Shown piece by piece: positions 41,201 to 51,190 of a stretch of 64,000 nt of DNA. Positions within the stretch are counted from its first letter, which is position 1; each line of letters starts with the position of its first letter. This DNA comes from Macrostomum lignano (lineage: Eukaryota). The notes beneath the pieces are model-generated. The model ran no database searches. It was not told the DNA's origin and saw only the letters and a program-made list of their open reading frames with translations. Where the stretch lies: the NCBI GenBank assembly GCA_002269645.1, contig NIVC01001945.1, forward strand, positions 62,001 to 126,000, in the 5' to 3' direction. The translations under genes were made by a program, and so were the position numbers.

Positions 41201-43646
41201 TCTCACAGTCTTGAGAATCTGCCTCTCCACTCTCACAGTGCTTGAGAATCTGCCTCTCCGCTCACTCAGTGCTTGAGAATCTGCCTCTCCGCTAACTCAG
41301 TGCTCGAGAATCTGCCTCTCCGCTCACTCAGTGCTTGAGAATCTGCCTCTCCACTCACTCAGTGCTTGAGAATCCGCCTCTCTGCTCTCTCAGTGCTTGA
41401 GAATCTGCCTCTCCGCTCACTCAGTGCTTGAGAATCTGCCTCTCCGCTCACTCAGTGCTTGAGAATCCGCCTCTCTGCTCTCTCAGTGCTTGAGAATCTG
41501 CCTCTCCGCTCACTCAGTGCTTGAGAATCTGCCTCTCCGCTCACTCAGTGCTTGAGAATCCGCCTCTCCACTCACTCAGTGCTTGAGAATCCGCCTCTCC
41601 ACTCACTCAGTGCTTGAGAATCTGCCTCTCCGCTCACTCAGTGCTTGAGAATCCGCCTCTCCGCTCACTCAGTGCTTGAGAATCTGCCTCTCCGCTCACT
41701 CAGTGCTCGAGAATCTGCCTCTCCGCTCTCACAGTCTTGAGAATCTGCCTCTCCACTCTCACAGTGCTTGAGAATCTGCCTCTCCGCTCACTCAGTGCTT
41801 GAGAATCTGCCTCTCCGCTAACTCAGTGCTCGAGAATCTGCCTCTCCGCTCTCACAGTCTTGAGAATCTGCCTCTCCACTCTCACAGTGCTTGAGAATCT
41901 GCCTCTCCGCTCACTCAGTGCTTGAGAATCTGCCTCTCCGCTAACTCAGTGCTCGAGAATCTGCCTCTCCGCTCTCACAGTCTTGAGAATCTGCCTCTCC
42001 ACTCTCACAGTGCTTGAGAATCTGCCTCTCCGCTCACTCAGTGCTTGAGAATCTGCCTCTCCGCTAACTCAGTGCTCGAGAATCTGCCTCTCCGCTCTCA
42101 CAGTCTTGAGAATCTGCCTCTCCACTCTCACAGTGCTTGAGAATCTGCCTCTCCGCTCACTCAGTGCTTGAGAATCTGCCTCTCCGCTAACTCAGTGCTC
42201 GAGAATCTGCCTCTCCGCTCACTCAGTGCTTGAGAATCTGCCTCTCCACTCACTCAGTGCTTGAGAATCCGCCTCTCTGCTCTCTCAGTGCTTGAGAATC
42301 TGCCTCTCCGCTCACTCAGTGCTTGAGAATCTGCCTCTCCGCTCACTCAGTGCTTGAGAATCCGCCTCTCTGCTCTCTCAGTGCTTGAGAATCTGCCTCT
42401 CCGCTCACTCAGTGCTTGAGAATCTGCCTCTCCGCTCACTCAGTGCTTGAGAATCCGCCTCTCCACTCACTCAGTGCTTGAGAATCCGCCTCTCCACTCA
42501 CTCAGTGCTTGAGAATCTGCCTCTCCGCTCACTCAGTGCTTGAGAATCCGCCTCTCCGCTCACTCAGTGCTTGAGAATCTGCCTCTCCGCTCCCAAGCCC
42601 ATGGAATGGCGAGTCAGTATTTCAGAGTTATAAAACATTCAGAGCAATAGCCATTATTCAAAACCCTTTTTCCTTAATTCCCAGATGCAACAACTGTGGG
42701 AACATCTACAGCAACTATCATTATCAAAACTAGTAAGTAGCACTGTGCCAAAATTTATCAATCTGACTGGACTATTTAATTGACGACGTGATCAGTTAGG
42801 CGTACAGTGAAACAGTATGTCGTTTTATTGAGACATTGCGTCACCTATTAGAGACTACCTAGTAGTGACAGGACGTCACCTGGTAGAGACATTGCGTCAC
42901 CTGGTAGAGACATTGCGTCACCTGGTAGAGACATTGCGTCACCTGGTAGAGACATTGCGTCACCTGATAGAGACATTGCGTCACCTGGTAAAGACATTGC
43001 GTCACCTGGTAGAGACATTGCGTCACCTGGTAGAGACATTGCGTCACCTGGTAGAGACAGGACGTCACCTGGTAGAGACATTGCGTCACCTGGGTCACCT
43101 GGTAGAGACATTGCGTCACCTGGGTCACCTGGTAGAGACATTGCGTCACCTGGGTCACCTGGTAGAGACAGGACGTCACCTAGTAGAGACAATGCACCAC
43201 GGTGAAACAGTGTCACCAGCTTGGGACAGTGCTTTGGACAGATTGAGACAACACTTCACCTGCCAGTGGGTGTCACCAACTAATTAATTTATGACCCAAT
43301 CGATTGTTTGGAATCCTTTCTAGAAAGCAAGTTGTTTAACATCTCGCAGCGCAATTCTGATCCATTCTGAAAAATTATTTCAGACCCAGCAACGCTGGAC
43401 CACCTGGCTTACCTGGGCATCGGCATAGGCGTCGGCATCCTCGCCGCCAGCATCATCGGCCTGATTGTCGGGCTCGTCGTGTGGACCTGTCGCCGACGTC
43501 AAGGCCCGGCTGCAGATGGCAACATATTGCAGCCGTCTCAGCCCAAGATTGCCACAGTGGACGGCAACGGAGGAGCGGCTAACGTGGCCTATCAGTATTC
43601 CAGCGATCGGTTTGTCTCCGGTGGCATCGCCGAGCGGCACGTTTGA
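2328..43646 (+). CDS. ADAM: ADAM (M12B reprolysin) disintegrin-metalloprotease gene, 15 exons, with one in-frame stop at 39930-39932
   Basis: GT-AG exons with matching phases: 2328-2409, 3119-3263, ~3356-3487, 3945-4272, 35306-35377, 35476-35654, 35749-35833, 36291-36451, 37276-37456, 38261-38503, 38949-39145, 39591-39627, 39918-40119, 42685-42732, 43384-43646. Domain order: signal, prodomain (CYYQGSV, RKCG Cys switch, RRSRR furin site), reprolysin ([22 protein letters not shown]), disintegrin ([23 protein letters not shown]), Cys-rich, EGF-like, TM. The exon 2/3 junction phase is uncertain. Confidence 0.92.
2517..3037. repeat. 28-bp minisatellite in ADAM intron 1
   Basis: Unit ccgccaaccctcccgatcctttgatatt, about 18 copies. 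Confidence 0.9.
3119..3263 (+). CDS. ADAM: ADAM exon 2, prodomain
   Basis: Phase-1 acceptor at 3119 or 3128; open frame [37 protein letters not shown]. Confidence 0.6.
3356..3487 (+). CDS. ADAM: ADAM exon 3, prodomain
   Basis: [26 protein letters not shown] matches the M12B propeptide CYYxGxV motif; gtgcga donor, phase 2. Confidence 0.75.
3558..3800. repeat. 22-bp minisatellite in ADAM intron 3
   Basis: Unit gaatctcaggtgtttcagggct. Confidence 0.85.
3945..4272 (+). CDS. ADAM: ADAM exon 4, Cys switch, furin site and start of catalytic domain
   Basis: [24 protein letters not shown] then gtgagt donor; phase 0 matches the acceptor at 35306. Confidence 0.85.
4340..9912 (-). mobile_element. Helitron unit 1 (5573 bp)
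   Basis: 18-bp array ~4495-5035 (cccagatagcaagcatcc), 23-bp array ~5140-9320 (atgtttgacatggtggctctttt), conserved ~550-bp terminal block. Confidence 0.8.
9379..9446 (-). ncRNA. tRNA-derived Pol III cassette inside the Helitron (further copies near 19736, 23481, 26911, 30528, 34063; degenerate near 12750)
   Basis: Minus strand has a T-arm ctggg-TTCGAAT-ctcag (B box), a weak A-box-like tagccctgatgc, and a downstream T run; anticodon arm not convincing. Confidence 0.5.
9913..13670 (-). mobile_element. Helitron unit 2, divergent subfamily (3758 bp)
   Basis: Same termini, different 23-bp array ~10960-12700 (acatgacgcttctatgattgttt), no 18-bp array, ~366-bp tandem duplication of the 5' end (~12938-13303, 13304-13670). 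Confidence 0.75.
13671..20273 (-). mobile_element. Helitron unit 3 (6603 bp)
   Basis: 18-bp array ~13820-14100, 23-bp array ~14195-19690. Confidence 0.8.
20274..24023 (-). mobile_element. Helitron unit 4 (3750 bp)
   Basis: Expanded 17/18-bp array ~20420-21750 joined directly to 23-bp array ~21755-23430 (linker missing). Confidence 0.8.
24024..27450 (-). mobile_element. Helitron unit 5 (3427 bp)
   Basis: 18-bp array ~24170-24550, 23-bp array ~24645-26860. Confidence 0.8.
27451..31062 (-). mobile_element. Helitron unit 6 (3612 bp)
   Basis: 18-bp array ~27605-27860, 23-bp array ~27950-30480. Confidence 0.8.
31063..34595 (-). mobile_element. Helitron unit 7 (3533 bp)
   Basis: 18-bp array ~31205-31360, 23-bp array ~31450-34010. 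Confidence 0.8.
34596..34730 (-). mobile_element. Isolated 5' end of a second Helitron family
   Basis: Minus strand begins A|TCTAAATATACTAAATC and contains an aaaatcggt motif and a (caaa)n tract like the main family's 5' block. Confidence 0.55.
34733..35275. repeat. (TAGT/CAGT)n tetranucleotide microsatellite
   Basis: Directly visible tract of about 540 bp. Confidence 0.95.
35306..35833 (+). CDS. ADAM: ADAM exons 5-7, catalytic domain (35306-35377, 35476-35654, 35749-35833)
   Basis: [11 protein letters not shown] / [12 protein letters not shown]...HTVAHLVS / [12 protein letters not shown]...GGGVN; all junction phases match. Confidence 0.85.
35905..36283. repeat. C-rich degenerate minisatellite in ADAM intron 7
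   Basis: Repeated cacctcactccc(caac/tacc). Confidence 0.8.
36291..36451 (+). CDS. ADAM: ADAM exon 8, zinc-binding active site
   Basis: [13 protein letters not shown] (HExGHxxGxxHD, 36339-36374) followed by Met-turn CMMQS. Confidence 0.95.
36488..37195. repeat. 22-bp minisatellite in ADAM intron 8
   Basis: Unit gagtgagctgagcagtgtgcgg. Confidence 0.95.
37276..38503 (+). CDS. ADAM: ADAM exons 9-10, disintegrin domain (37276-37456, 38261-38503)
   Basis: FSNCS...[15 protein letters not shown] / [21 protein letters not shown]...[22 protein letters not shown]. Confidence 0.93.
37484..38220. repeat. 34-bp grading into 17-bp minisatellite in ADAM intron 9
   Basis: ctcagtacctgtgattgctctgtgactgtgatta, then ctca(g/a)tacctgtgatta. 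Confidence 0.9.
38600..38860. repeat. ~36-bp minisatellite in ADAM intron 10
   Basis: Repeated ttgggtagacactagactggtagattttttgataaa. Confidence 0.75.
38949..40119 (+). CDS. ADAM: ADAM exons 11-13, Cys-rich and EGF-like domains (38949-39145, 39591-39627, 39918-40119)
   Basis: [18 protein letters not shown] / LVPDGAECG / MCVS*VC...CNGRG...[12 protein letters not shown]. Confidence 0.8.
39186..39592. repeat. 19-bp minisatellite in ADAM intron 11
   Basis: Unit cctggagtagacaggtgtg. Confidence 0.92.
39655..39865. repeat. 42-bp minisatellite in ADAM intron 12
   Basis: Unit gagataatgattgtgggagatcttcccggtcagctgacaggt, about 5 copies. Confidence 0.85.
40200..42592. repeat. 31-bp minisatellite (~2.4 kb) in ADAM intron 13
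   Basis: Unit ctcagtgcttgagaatctgcctctccgctca. Confidence 0.95.
42685..43646 (+). CDS. ADAM: ADAM exons 14-15, stalk, TM and cytoplasmic tail (42685-42732, 43384-43646)
   Basis: Phase 1-1 Thr-rich exon, then [30 protein letters not shown], stop TGA at 43644-43646. Confidence 0.8.
42830..43190. repeat. 21-bp minisatellite in ADAM intron 14
   Basis: Unit agagacattgcgtcacctggt. Confidence 0.92.
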
Positions 43647-44304
43647 TGTCGGACAGCAGCCGCTGTGTCGGTAGCCATATTGTTGGTCTTTTTAACAGAA
43701 CGCATCGTAACGCAGCATGTGGCCCCCAAAACATTTTAATGTCCTTCATACGTCACTCTTTCAAACTGGGTTCTTGCTAATAAATTCCCAGGTTGAGCGT
43801 CTTGATAATACACGCATCATCTCACATTATTACCAAAATCAGCACTGCAAAGGACTACTCAAAAAGCTCTATTGATATTCATAGAGCTTTTTGTAAATAA
43901 AATTAGAAATCTATGTTAATTTTATATCCTATACGTACATGTCCTGTGCCCAAAAAATCATAAAAATGGCACTGCTCGACTCAATGGTTTTAAGAATCTA
44001 CTTGATTATTCTGATCCCTTTTGCTCTGCAGAGACTGCCGAAATTCTTCTGCATGGAGCCGCATACAGTGAACCTGTATTGTTCCATGCTCCATTGAGCA
44101 GTCGGTTTTCTGTTTTTAACCAACTACAATGCATATTCGCTAGTAATCAGCTTGAATTGTTTTATAAAACATTTTTTTAAACTTTTAGTTAAAAACGTTC
44201 TATATAGTACTTTTAAAAAGCAGTAGACTGCATAAAGTATCGAAACAGCAGATTCTACGTTAAGCTGTACTCGTAAATTTTCTGAATAAGAATCTCCCTC
44301 CAAC

Positions 44305-44602
44305 CAGTGGCGTAGCCAGGAATTTCAATTGGGGGGGGGGTTGGCCTGGCTAGCCATGCCTTTATGCCATTGCCACTTTTGGCGCCGCAGGCACTCATTT
44401 TGGCGCCGCAGGCACTCATTTTAGCGCCGCAGGCACTCATTCTTGCGCCGCAGGCACTTATTTTGGCGCCGCAGGCACTCATTTTAGCGCCGCAGGCACT
44501 TAATTGCCTCTAGGTTTTTGGTATCCGCCGCGCCCAACCCCACCCCCCAGGCGATTGGGGGGGGCCGCGGCCCCCCCGCCCCCCCCCCTGGCTACGCCAC
44601 TG
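44305..44602. mobile_element. Non-autonomous TIR element (MITE), probably hAT-type
   Basis: Perfect 16-bp TIR CAGTGGCGTAGCCAGG; flanks cctccaac/cctataac (6 of 8 match, decayed 8-bp TSD); internal 21-bp repeat ttttggcgccgcaggcactca x6. Confidence 0.75.
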
Positions 44603-44944
44603 CCTATAACAGCGGAATAAACGCGCGTACGAATTCAAAGAAATGTTTCTAGGAAAAAAGTTTTTAAAAGCGCTTATTCCGGTGTTGGACTACGAAAATG
44701 CTAATTGACTGTACATGATGTATGCACTTGCAGTTTTCGTCAATCGTATATGCACCCGACTTTTTATGCATGCACTTGATATATTTAATACGACTGCAAA
44801 AAGGCTGTATAGCAATAGATAAATAATCTTATAATTATTAACAATAAATGTACCAAGAAGCATGCAATCTGTTTGTTGCATTCTTTCAATATTTTTTTTA
44901 CTTTGACAACTTCTGCACTACCAGACCTTAAAATGAAATTTAGC

Positions 44945-45251
44945 AATAATAACAATCGATTCCACCTGCCCCAATGGGCAGATGTGCAACTGACAGCTCA
45001 GCCGCAGCTATTGAGCGGCGCATCTGAAGGCTGCGTACGGCTGCTCAGTCCAAGGACTGGGTGGTCGCCACGCACACCCTCAATTACCCCGGCTAATGCT
45101 GGCACCCATTTTACAGCTGGGTGAACTGAAGCAATGCAGAGTCAAGTGTCTTGCTCAAAGACACAAATTGTTCCAGAAGGATCGGGAATCGAACCCCCAA
45201 CCTTCAAGTCGTGAGTCCGACGCTCTGACCACCGGCCGGGCTACAACCCCC
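44945..45251 (-). mobile_element. tRNA-derived CORE-SINE (MIR-like core)
   Basis: Minus strand: tRNA head ggggttgtagcccggccggtggtcagagcg...gggttcgattccc, core gagcaagacacttgactct...cagctgtaaaatggg, (tta)-like tail. Confidence 0.75.
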
Positions 45252-45573
45252 TACAACCCAAACTAAGAAATTCAGTTTGGCTGCAACGCACACACATTGC
45301 TTGCAGCTGCTTTGCTGATGCATGCAGAAAAAATTGGAACAATGAGATGGCTCAGCAGAGTCTACGGCTGCTAAGTGCAGGTCTTGCATAGCAAGTGGGG
45401 CGGCTATATTGTTGTACACCGATGCAGTACGCCATAGGGGGATGGGGGATGGGGAAGAGGATAGGAAGGGGAAACGCGGACGGTCGGCAGGCAGGATGTG
45501 AATGCGGACAGCTTGCTGCTCAAAGTGAGAACTGTTTCTCCATTTTTTCTGCATCCTGAGCCGCTTGCAGACC

Positions 45574-48133
45574 ATGTTCCTGCTGTTGTTTAGCAAGACC
45601 AAGAGAAAGTCCTCGGACAGCAACTTGGTCGCCATGAACTCGCTATCGGACAATCCGGAGGACCTCCTGCAGGAGCGGCACCGCCTGTCCAAGCTGGAGA
45701 AGCGGCAGAGGGCCAGGGAGAAGAAGCGCCGTCGCGAGGCCAAGAAGCTGCGGCGGCTGCATCGATCCGGCAACGGAAGCGGCTGCCGTCACCTCTGCTG
45801 CTGCCTGGGCCGCTTCCCCTGCCTTCTGCTGCTTCTGGCAGGCCTGTCCGCCTTTCTCTACTTGTACTTTTATCGTGGACTCAGCATTCACTTGGCGCTG
45901 AGTGACCGGCTGCTCGATAGGCAGATGCTCCTGCGTAAGCAGCAACAGCAGCAACTGCCGCAGCAACAGTTGTTGCCCGCAAGGTTAGCTTATCAAAGAT
46001 CAATACGTTTTGGGGCTTTGTCGTGCGATTCACCCATGAGGACCAACCCTCCAAGGCAAGAGTGTACCATGCTTTATGATTAGACAATCAGAATTGCCTC
46101 AACGCTGGAGTAAGATTCAACCCCACAGATGCTGGAATAACTGGATGGGCCACTCAGGCATATATAACTTAAGTAAAACAGCTTTCTACTTTCAGTTCAG
46201 TAGCAAAGAAGAATACATAAGGTATTTTATATAAAAGGCAGTTGAAATGACTTTGATTTAGAAGCCAAGCTTGCAGGCGTAAAACAACTTGCGAATTGGT
46301 TCAGCAATAATGTACATTAGCCAGTCCATGAAATGCACATGGCAGCTTTAGGCTGGAATTCCGAGAAAGGCAATAAAAACTGGGGCGGGGCGTTGGGGCG
46401 TAGTGTGCAAAGGCGCGGTTGGAGGGTTTCAGCTGGGGGTAAGAGGCAATAAAGAGCCTTGGCTTTAAAAATACATTAAAATACTTCTGTTTAACTTGCT
46501 ACTGAACTGAAAGTAGCTTGCACGCAAATGCACTGAGTGACCCACCATCTAGTTATTCTGGCATTGAATGGCTAAATTTTTCCAGTGCTTAAGTTGACTC
46601 TAACCATAGCAAATCTACCCAACACACGATTTCCCCCATCTGCAGGCCACCTCCGGATTCTCATCTTCAAGCGGAGGCCTCGCCGCGTAGAAATTGGCGC
46701 CTTCGAAACGGTTCTTTAGTCTCCCAGAATCTGGTGCCGCATCAGTCGCCTACTCGGGCTTCGGCGAGACAGCCAAAAATCATTCAAATGCCAAACAGAT
46801 GCCCGAGTTCGTCTTTGTCCGCGCTGTTCCTGGCCACCCGTGATCAAACAATCCGTGACGCGGCACCGAATTTTGTCCGTCGGCAGCGGGAAGCTGTGCG
46901 ACGATCCTGGGGCGGCCCGGCCGGATTGAAGGCCGGAGGCTCCGTCGTCTTCTTGGTGACTGTGGAGACTGCGTACTACGCACTGAATCAGGTGCAAATT
47001 AGGGATGGGTTGCGTTGGCTCACTAGGAACCTGGGGGCTCAGTGGGGAATCTGAGGGTTCAGTCGGGAATCTGGGGGCTCTGTGGGGAATCTGAGGGTTC
47101 AGTCGGGAATCTGGGGGCTCTGTGGGGAATCTGAGGGTTCAGTGAGGAATCTGATGGCTCAGTGGTGAATCTGAAGGCTCAGTAGGGAATCTGATGGCTC
47201 AGTGGTGAATCTGAAGGCTCAGTAGGGAATCTGATGGCTCAGTGGTGAATCTGAAGGCTCAGTAGGGAATCTGATGACTCAGTGGAGAATCTGATGGCTC
47301 AGTGAGGAATTCGAGGGGGCTCAGTGGGGAATCTGATGGCTCAGTGGAGAATCTGGGGGCTCAGTGGGGAATCTGATGTCTCAGTGGGGAATCTGTGGGC
47401 TCAGTGGGGAATCTGTGGGCTCAGTGGGGAATTTGCACGCGGGATTGGGGCTCACTGAAGAGAATTAAATAACCAACTCCAACAACCAACTGCTCGCGTG
47501 TAGGAGGCGAAGAAGTACGGCGACTTGATGATCATACAGTCGGCAGTCAGCAGCAACCCGAAGCTGGCGGAGCAGCAACCACACCTGCTGTTTGCCCTGG
47601 CCAAGCTTCGGTCCCGCTGTCCTTTCGTCAGCCTCTACGGCAGGACAAACGCCGGGGTGCTGTGGAATCCGCGCCTGCTGAAGCAACTGCTACACCTGAT
47701 GCAGCAGCGCGGCCAGCTTCAAGAAAGCCTCATGCTTGGCCGAGCCGTCCGCGGTCTGTCCAAGGACTCCAGCACCGGTCTCAACGAGCGGCTGGCCGCC
47801 GACCCGGGCTACCTAATGACCGGCCGCGCGCTGGACGCCCTGTTGAAGTTGGCGAGAGGCAACCGCGACGAAGACGACGACCACCGGCTGGACGACGGTG
47901 TCACAGACAATCGCCTGACTGGCGACCTGAGGTTGAAGGCAGGAGTCCGTCTGGCAGACCTTGGCCGACAGCTGCGGGTGTCCCGCCGGCCACCGAGGTC
48001 GTTCTGCCTGGCCCGGGCAAGACTCGCCTGGCCGGGCCTGAGCGCAGACGACATGGAGCACCAGTGGGCGAAGGTTTCAAGCAGCAGTCTGGAGTGCACG
48101 CAGTCGGCTGCTGAGCAGCCAGACGAAGAGTAG
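45574..48133 (+). CDS. GT31 (beta-1,3-galactosyl/GlcNAc-transferase-like) type II membrane protein, 3 exons, catalytic motifs degenerate
   Basis: Exons 45574(or 45634)-45983, 46646-46991, 47504-48133 join in phase; N-terminal TM CLLLLLAGLSAFLYLYFY; GT31 hallmarks RQREAVRRSWG, VVFL, LNQEAKKYGDLMII, RCP, GYLMTG, C-terminal FC...W...C. Confidence 0.75.
46129..46564. mobile_element. Old MITE-like element with imperfect inverted repeats in GT31 intron 1
   Basis: atgctggaataact...ctactttcagttcagtagcaa is mirrored by ttgctactgaactgaaagtag...agttattctggcat. Confidence 0.5.
47030..47440. repeat. 20-bp minisatellite in GT31 intron 2
   Basis: Unit ggctcagtggggaatctgat and variants. Confidence 0.88.
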
Positions 48134-48214
48134 CCAAGGACCACTATAGTAAAACAGGACGGGAAATTCAAAGGAAATTCCAGGAAATTGGCCTACAAAA
48201 AATGCACTGCGGAG

Positions 48215-48955
48215 ACTACGTAATGCGCAGATAAGTGTTGATTTTTAGGCAGATTTGACGCAAAAAACGCAAATTATACTACTATCTGAAAATGAAGTAA
48301 GTAGTATACAAAAACGCTATCCTAAGCGTGATATGACAATATGTAGTCGTAATAATCCATGTGCTCATATATGTACATTAATTCCATGTACATTAATCCC
48401 TATCTATCTCAAATTGTACATTAATTCCATGTACATTAATCCATATCTCAAATGTCTATCCCCAATTCTATATGTACACTTACATTAATCTACAGTGTCA
48501 TCCCCAGCGCGCGCGCACCAACATTACATGTACAATACTACATGTACACAGAGGTGAGAATTACTAATCTCATCTACTACCAAATGAGTCAACTAACAGT
48601 GTAGCGCACATCATGTATAAGTATTTACAATGAAGATATATTTACATTTAATCAGTAGCATATTACAGGAATCGAGACATGTACACCATCACCAGCAAAT
48701 AGAATATACAGAAAATTTTACATTGTTTTTCAATATTTTTCTCTTCATAAATGATTTTAAACAGGTTTGACATGCAAAATATGTACAATAGATTTTTACA
48801 TTGGCAATTTCGCCACACGCAATGCAAAAATGTTTTATGTACATTGAATTATATACAGCAAATAGATTCTGATAAATACAGCAGTATTACAATGCAACTT
48901 ATGTACAATAAATAGATTTTACTAATTTAATATTGCAAAATGTACATTGAATTGT
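48215..48955 (+). repeat. Left terminal inverted repeat of the Polinton
   Basis: Reverse complement of 62603-63336 with a few substitutions and one 9-bp indel. Confidence 0.92.
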
Positions 48956-49939
48956 CAGACAGATTTGAATAATAGTGGTCGGAGTCTATATGTACATCGA
49001 TAGCCTCTATACTCATATCCGCTACATACCCAAAAAATTAGGTATGTACATTTTCACCCTCGGAGACCGTAAGTTGAATATGCTGATAACTTATACAAAG
49101 TCACTTATAAAATACACATACTTTCATATAGAGGCGGGCCTGTACAAACTCTCGCCAAGCGATGGGGTGGAGGTTGCGTCATCCAAGCCTCTCCCCAAGT
49201 CAGAACCCAAATGCAGGACTGCGTTGAAGCAGTGCTTTATATTTCTATATTGACAGTGTGGAGGATACAAGACCTTTAATTGGTAATTATCAACTGCTAC
49301 TGCTGTACGGTATATCCTCACCCCCCCTCGAAACTCCTATACTGAATGTTGAATCACCCTTTAACTCGGACCATAGTCAAATTCAACCCTGTTCGAAAAC
49401 AGCCACCCCTCCGATGTTTACCAGACACAGCGCAGACCCCATAGCAAATCGAGCTAAATTTTAACACTCACCCCTGTTCTCTCTGTCCCCCCTTCTAAAT
49501 GCCAAGGAATTTCGACCCTCTCTCCATTTTCAGTGTACAGACAGATCTTTCCACAGCACAGACCATATATTAAACTCAAAACCCCTCTCTTCTCCGATTA
49601 CGTCATCCATGCCGCCCCAGATAGCAAGAAACCAACTTTTAATGCACACATCAACCCCCGCGAGCAAATCCGAGTCCGCCAACCTCTACCTGCATTGACA
49701 AACCCCAGCTGCATTTTTAAATGTACACAGCCTATGAATCAGTGTCTCCACCGCATGCAATTCTGATTTACTTTGATTCTAAACTTTGTAAATTGTATAA
49801 GTCACCCTTGCGTTATACTAGAAGTAGTGAAGTCCACATATTTAAATACGTGAGGCTATTCAATTCTGCCTCTCCGCCTCCCCTGCCTTCTCACTTCAAG
49901 CTTTCAGAATTGGTCTTTGAGACGGTCGGTTTAATCTGT

Positions 49940-51190
49940 TAGAAGCAGGAATGAATCATGCACTGACCTCTCCATACAAAGTAAAGTTGGAATTTCAGAC
50001 AAGAAATTTGGTTATTTTGAAAGCTAAATGACTAGAAATGCACATTTTTCATTAAAATGCAGCTTTTTACAGTTTTTTACGATTTTAACCTTAAAATGCA
50101 GACTTTGTTGATCAAAATCAGTGGTTTCATCACTAGAAACTATACATTCAACAGCTAATTTGTCCAAATGGCGCTTTCAACTTGACTTTAGACAGCTTTT
50201 AAGCAGGAATGAACCCCACACAAACATCCACAAGCCAGCCTAAAATCATCCAAAGACATGGCTATTGAAGCCTAATTGCTAGAAATGCGCATTTTTCATA
50301 AGAAAATACAAATTTTCACAGTTTTTATGCATTTTTAGGTTCAAATGCAGACTTTATTGATCAAAATCAGTAGTTTCATCACTGAAAACCATAATTTCAA
50401 CAGCTAATGTGTCCAAATGTCGTTTTTAACTTGACCTTAGACGGCTTCAAAGCAGGAATGAATCGCACACGAACATACACAAGCTAGCCCAAAATCATCC
50501 AAAGACGGCTGTTGAAGACTAAATTGCTAGAAATGAGCATTTTTTCATAAGAAAATACAAATTTTCACAGTTTTTACGCATTTTTACGTTAAAACGCAGA
50601 CTTTATTGATCAAAATCAGTAATTCATCACTAAAAACCACAATTTTAACACAAAATTATTACAAATGCTATAACTTCTGGCCACTCTGAGACAGCTTCGA
50701 AGCAGGAATTAATCACACATGGATTACACCAGCCAGTCCAATATCCACTGAAGCCAGGGTTTTTTAAAGCTGAATTGTTAGAATTGCTCATTCTTTCGTT
50801 TAATAAATGGCAATTTTCACAGTTTTATTATTTTCTAACGTTTAAATGCGAAATGTATTGGTCAAACTTAGTTGTTTAATCCCAAAAACCATAATTTCAA
50901 CAGCTAATTTGTCCAAATGCTGATTTCAAAGTTGGCAAGAAACAGCTTTCGAGCAGGAATGAGTCACACACTGATCTCTATATGCACACCCCGGCCCAAG
51001 TTGGAATTCCACCCAAGACATTTTAATGAAAGCTAAATTACTAGAAATTGCACATTTTCGTTTAAAAAAAGGTCAATTTTTCACAGTTTTACTCTTTTTA
51101 ACGTTCAAATGCAGACTTTATGGATCGAAATCTGCTATTTTATCAGCAGAAACCATAATTTTTACAACTTAATCGTCAAAAATGCTGTTT
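49940..51190. repeat. Five diverged ~250-bp tandem repeats inside the Polinton
   Basis: gcaggaat anchor at 49945, 50203, 50452, 50702, 50953. Confidence 0.85.

Noticed and set aside
36314-43287. Long repetitive ORFs such as [23 protein letters not shown] and VETLRHL
   Set aside because: Translations of intronic minisatellites
48255-48488. ORF MTQKTQIILL..., also at 62946-63296 on minus
   Set aside because: Duplicated only because it lies in the TIR; AT-rich, no domain, different lengths in the two copies
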